From Malacoraja senta (lineage: Eukaryota), in assembly GCA_038087875.1 (NCBI GenBank), contig CM075987.1:23066001-23130000 (forward strand): 64,000 bases of DNA, read 5' to 3'. Positions 60,626-64,000 of this stretch are shown piece by piece; position 1 is the first letter of the stretch; each line of letters starts with the position of its first letter. A program made the position numbers and the translations under genes. A model generated the notes under the pieces. It had not been told where the DNA came from and did no database searches. It saw only the letters and a list, made by a program, of their open reading frames with translations.

Positions 60626-63329
60626 ACTGCAGGTTGGTTGTTGAAGATGGGGTGATCTCGGATCTGGATCTTGGAGGGGCCTTGAGACATCAAAGGAAAA
60701 GTCGATGGTCAAAACTACGAATCTAGCACAAAACTCATCTTCTACTGAGGAGCGGTGGTCTGGAGCGGAGGCGATGTTGGCTGAAGTGTTTCCAACTTCG
60801 CCGGTTGATTAGATTCACACCGGAGGGAAGCCCGTTAGTGGTGAGGTACAGCAATGGAGTGAGAAAGGTTTGAAAATGTTGGGGCAATGACGCGGCCTTG
60901 CTCACTGAGATTGGCTCTGCTGTGGACACACCGACCAAGATGCTCCATATGAACTAGCTGCTAGACCCATTTGCTGTGTTTTGCCCATATCCCTCTAAAC
61001 CTTTCATATCCATGTAACTAACCAATGCCTTATAAAGTTATGTCAAGATCTCAATGCTCACATTTGGTGACCCAGTATTCATCACCACGCTACCTGTTTT
61101 ACCTCCTGAGGCAACCTATTCATGTGTACACCAAGGTCCTTCTGTTCCTTAATACTCCCTAGGGCTCTACAATGCGTGGTGTATGTTCTACCCTTATTAG
61201 ACCTCCAAAACATATTACCTTGATTAAATTCCACCTGCCATTGTCCTGCCTAAAGCTATGCCCTTTCTGGTATTTGACATTGGTCTTGTAAGTGTTCCTT
61301 CCAGCGGCCGTTTGACTGTCCCTTTGTCTTTAAAATGTTCACCGCCTTTCTTGGCTCTCAGTGGGATAAGGCACAGGTGCCTTTGGCATTGCTAAAGAAC
61401 CCATGCATGTCCTGGCCATCTTAAGAACCCATGCATATCCTGGCTACCATGGAGCTGCCCCTCCCCCCCCCTCCCCACTCCCCAGCCCCTGAGTTGTCCA
61501 TCCATGATCACAAGATCTCTACTTTTAGCTGTAGAGTTGTTTCTATTCCTTTAAGGAACAATGGAGCTGCCAATATGCAGTCAATTGGATCCCAGTCTGT
61601 CATTTTCATCAAACCAGTTGTGGTTCTTTTCGTTAGTGCTGCAGAGGGTCTCTTATGTTGCTGAAAATGTTGGTGGAATTCAGGGCAGTGCAGTTGTCTG
61701 AAGCTTCTGCCGACTGGGACTCACCAGGCTGACCGTGAAGAGCTGTCTAAAGATCAGTTATTTTTCTGCAGTCCTTGAGAGTGTCTTCATTATCTGCCTG
61801 CAATGCTGGTGATTCTGAACTCACTGTGAATTGAGAGCCGATGGCAGTCTGGCTGGGACTTATCAGAAAACCGACGAGACCGAATGGAGTTTTTGCAAAA
61901 TGATGAAAGGGTTCGACAGGCTCAGCATAATAAGATGCATGGCACTTGTATTTCCAGCTCCTGGGTTAAACCCAGGAGACGAGGGTCAGGCTCCTTGCAA
62001 TGAAGAAGGTTGAGACATGTTTTGATCGAGGTGTGGAAAATCGTGACTAGTTCAAACAAGAAATATGGAACAAAATGATTCCCATTAGCAAACGAGCAAC
62101 ACGAATTTTGAGCAAAAAATACAAAGGGAAGATTCCTTAAAGGAGAAAAAACAGTCCCGATTTTGGAATTCACGATCTTCTGTGATGGTGTAAACAAAAT
62201 CAGTCAGTGGTTTCACCAAATAGGAAGGAGAGGATAACTTACAAAAAGGGAAAGATAACTGGTAGAGGTCGATGCAGATTTGATAGATGGATTGCCTAAT
62301 CTTTGAATGGTAATGATCCCGTGGGGAGTCTAGAATCAGGGACCATTAATATCAGGTACCCAATGGGTAAGTTCAGAGGAGGAACCCTCCAGACAGAGTG
62401 GAGGGAGTAGGGAATATTTGGCCTGCCGCCCAGACTGAATGAGACAGATTCAAGGGGAAGCATTAAAGGGGAACAAGTGAGCACATGAAAGAGAGGGGAC
62501 CCTTCAGACGGATCCATTTCCTCCACAGATGCAGCCTGACCCACTGATTTCCCTCCCCCAGTGTGTTTTGACTCAAATCTAAACTCCTCCACCAACACTT
62601 CCCCGCTCACTGTACATGGTGATCCAGAAATAGATGACATATGTCAGAGCTCGCTCGTTAGTGGGAAGTGTGTGTGTGTGTTGGAGTGGGGTGACGGCTT
62701 GACGGGAATGATGTGATGTTTCTGAACGAGGGATGTGATGCTGCCGATGCCGGAACTGACAGACACGGAGCATCTCCAACTCTGTCGCTGATTCCTGCCA
62801 CCACTTCACATTGGGGGCGACCCCGCTTTAAGCGGGGAACAGTTTCCCCACAGTTTAACACAGACTTTGCACTCCTGGGAGTAAAACACAGAGTGTTGGA
62901 GTTACTCAGCATCTGTGGTGGGAATGGACAGACGACATTTCGGGTCGGCACCCTTCTTACAGACAGGGTAACGTCCTCTGTCTATTCCCTCCCCAGATGC
63001 TGTCTGATCCGCTAAGTTCCTCTAGTACTCTGTGTTTTGCTCAAGATTTCAGCATCTGCAATTCTTTGTGCCTAGGTTCCTGAGAGATTTGGCTTAGCAG
63101 TAACAGTAAGTCTTTAGCTTATATCCAGTGCTGTCCTTTCAGTTCTGGCCCAGGAGACTAGATGAGTGGGGATTGGGCTATTGGTCCAGTCAGGTGAGTT
63201 TGAGGATGGAGCAGAATGGACCAAATGCTTCTGAGTGTATATTGGCCATCGCCTAGCTGAATGGGCCATTGTAATAGTGTCCTGGCTCACAGCGGGGAGT
63301 CAGCACCGCCAGGGGCAAAATGCTGGAGT

Positions 63330-63358
63330 CTGAAGAATGGGTCTCGACCCGAAACGTC
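63330..63358 (+). ncRNA. Minimal hammerhead ribozyme core in a Penelope pLTR (63328-63460)
   Basis: CTGAAGA-AT-GGGTC-TC-GACCC-GAAA-CGTC gives CUGANGA, stem II, GAAA and a GUC triplet. Confidence 0.6.
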
Positions 63359-64000
63359 ACCCATTACTTCTCTCCAGAGATGCGGCCTGTCCCGCCGAGC
63401 AAATCCAGCAATTTGTGTCTACCTTTGTGTAAACCAGCATCTGCAGTTCCTTCCTACACATTGTGAGGGGCAAGATGTCGAGGCTTTTCATTGTGTCTCT
63501 CTACACGTAATGATGACAAAATAAAGTCCAATTCAATAACTACAGGAAATTTAATGGGACTATGGCCAGATATCCCACTGCCTCCCTCTCTCACTCACAC
63601 ACGCACTGAGAGCTGTAGGAGTGAGTCGATGTCCCCCCCCACCCCCTCTCCCCCTCCCCCCGTCCTTTAGCCTGTGGATATTTACCATAAATGTGCTCCA
63701 AAACCAAGCGAGAAACACAACCAATGCTGGAAATCTGCAATGCAGAAGCATTCAGCAAGTCAGGCCACCTCTGTGGCAAGATGAAGAGTTCAGAGGATAG
63801 TCTTTGAATCTATTTGTTGCTCCACGAATGCTGATGAGAAAAACCCAGTATTTGCTTATATTTCAGTTATGGCTTATTTGTTTTACCTTTGAGATGCTCA
63901 TCCTTTGAGCAGGTTTACCTTTGAAACATTGTACCTGCGAGCTGGTTTATCTTTGAAAGTTTGTACCTGTGAGCTGGTTTACCTTTGAGACCAAGTACTT

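Overview
Repeat-rich vertebrate genomic DNA, most likely from a cartilaginous fish (inferred from HE1/V-SINE-type SINEs with CR1, Rex1, Penelope and AT-rich L1 repeats). The only host coding sequence I can support is the large coding exon of PPP1R26 (minus strand, ATG 4459, stop 488). The main object is a decayed but structurally complete endogenous retrovirus-like provirus of about 9.9 kb (17957-27847, minus). It has two 947-bp LTRs about 98% identical, a PBS overlapping the gag start codon and a coiled-coil-headed Gag. Its pol runs PR-RT-tether-second RNase H-IN, and its env resembles a Mononegavirales F-type class I fusion protein. That combination matches the lokiretrovirus lineage rather than an ordinary Gypsy element or classical ERV. 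The rest is nested transposable elements: two L1-clade LINEs (one bracketed by a 73-bp duplication), Penelope remnants with hammerhead ribozyme cores, MITEs with clear TIRs and TSDs, and minisatellites, plus a few unique motif-dense islands that may be conserved non-coding elements. A 200-N assembly gap lies at 21093-21292. All family calls are from motif recognition by eye; no database search was run.
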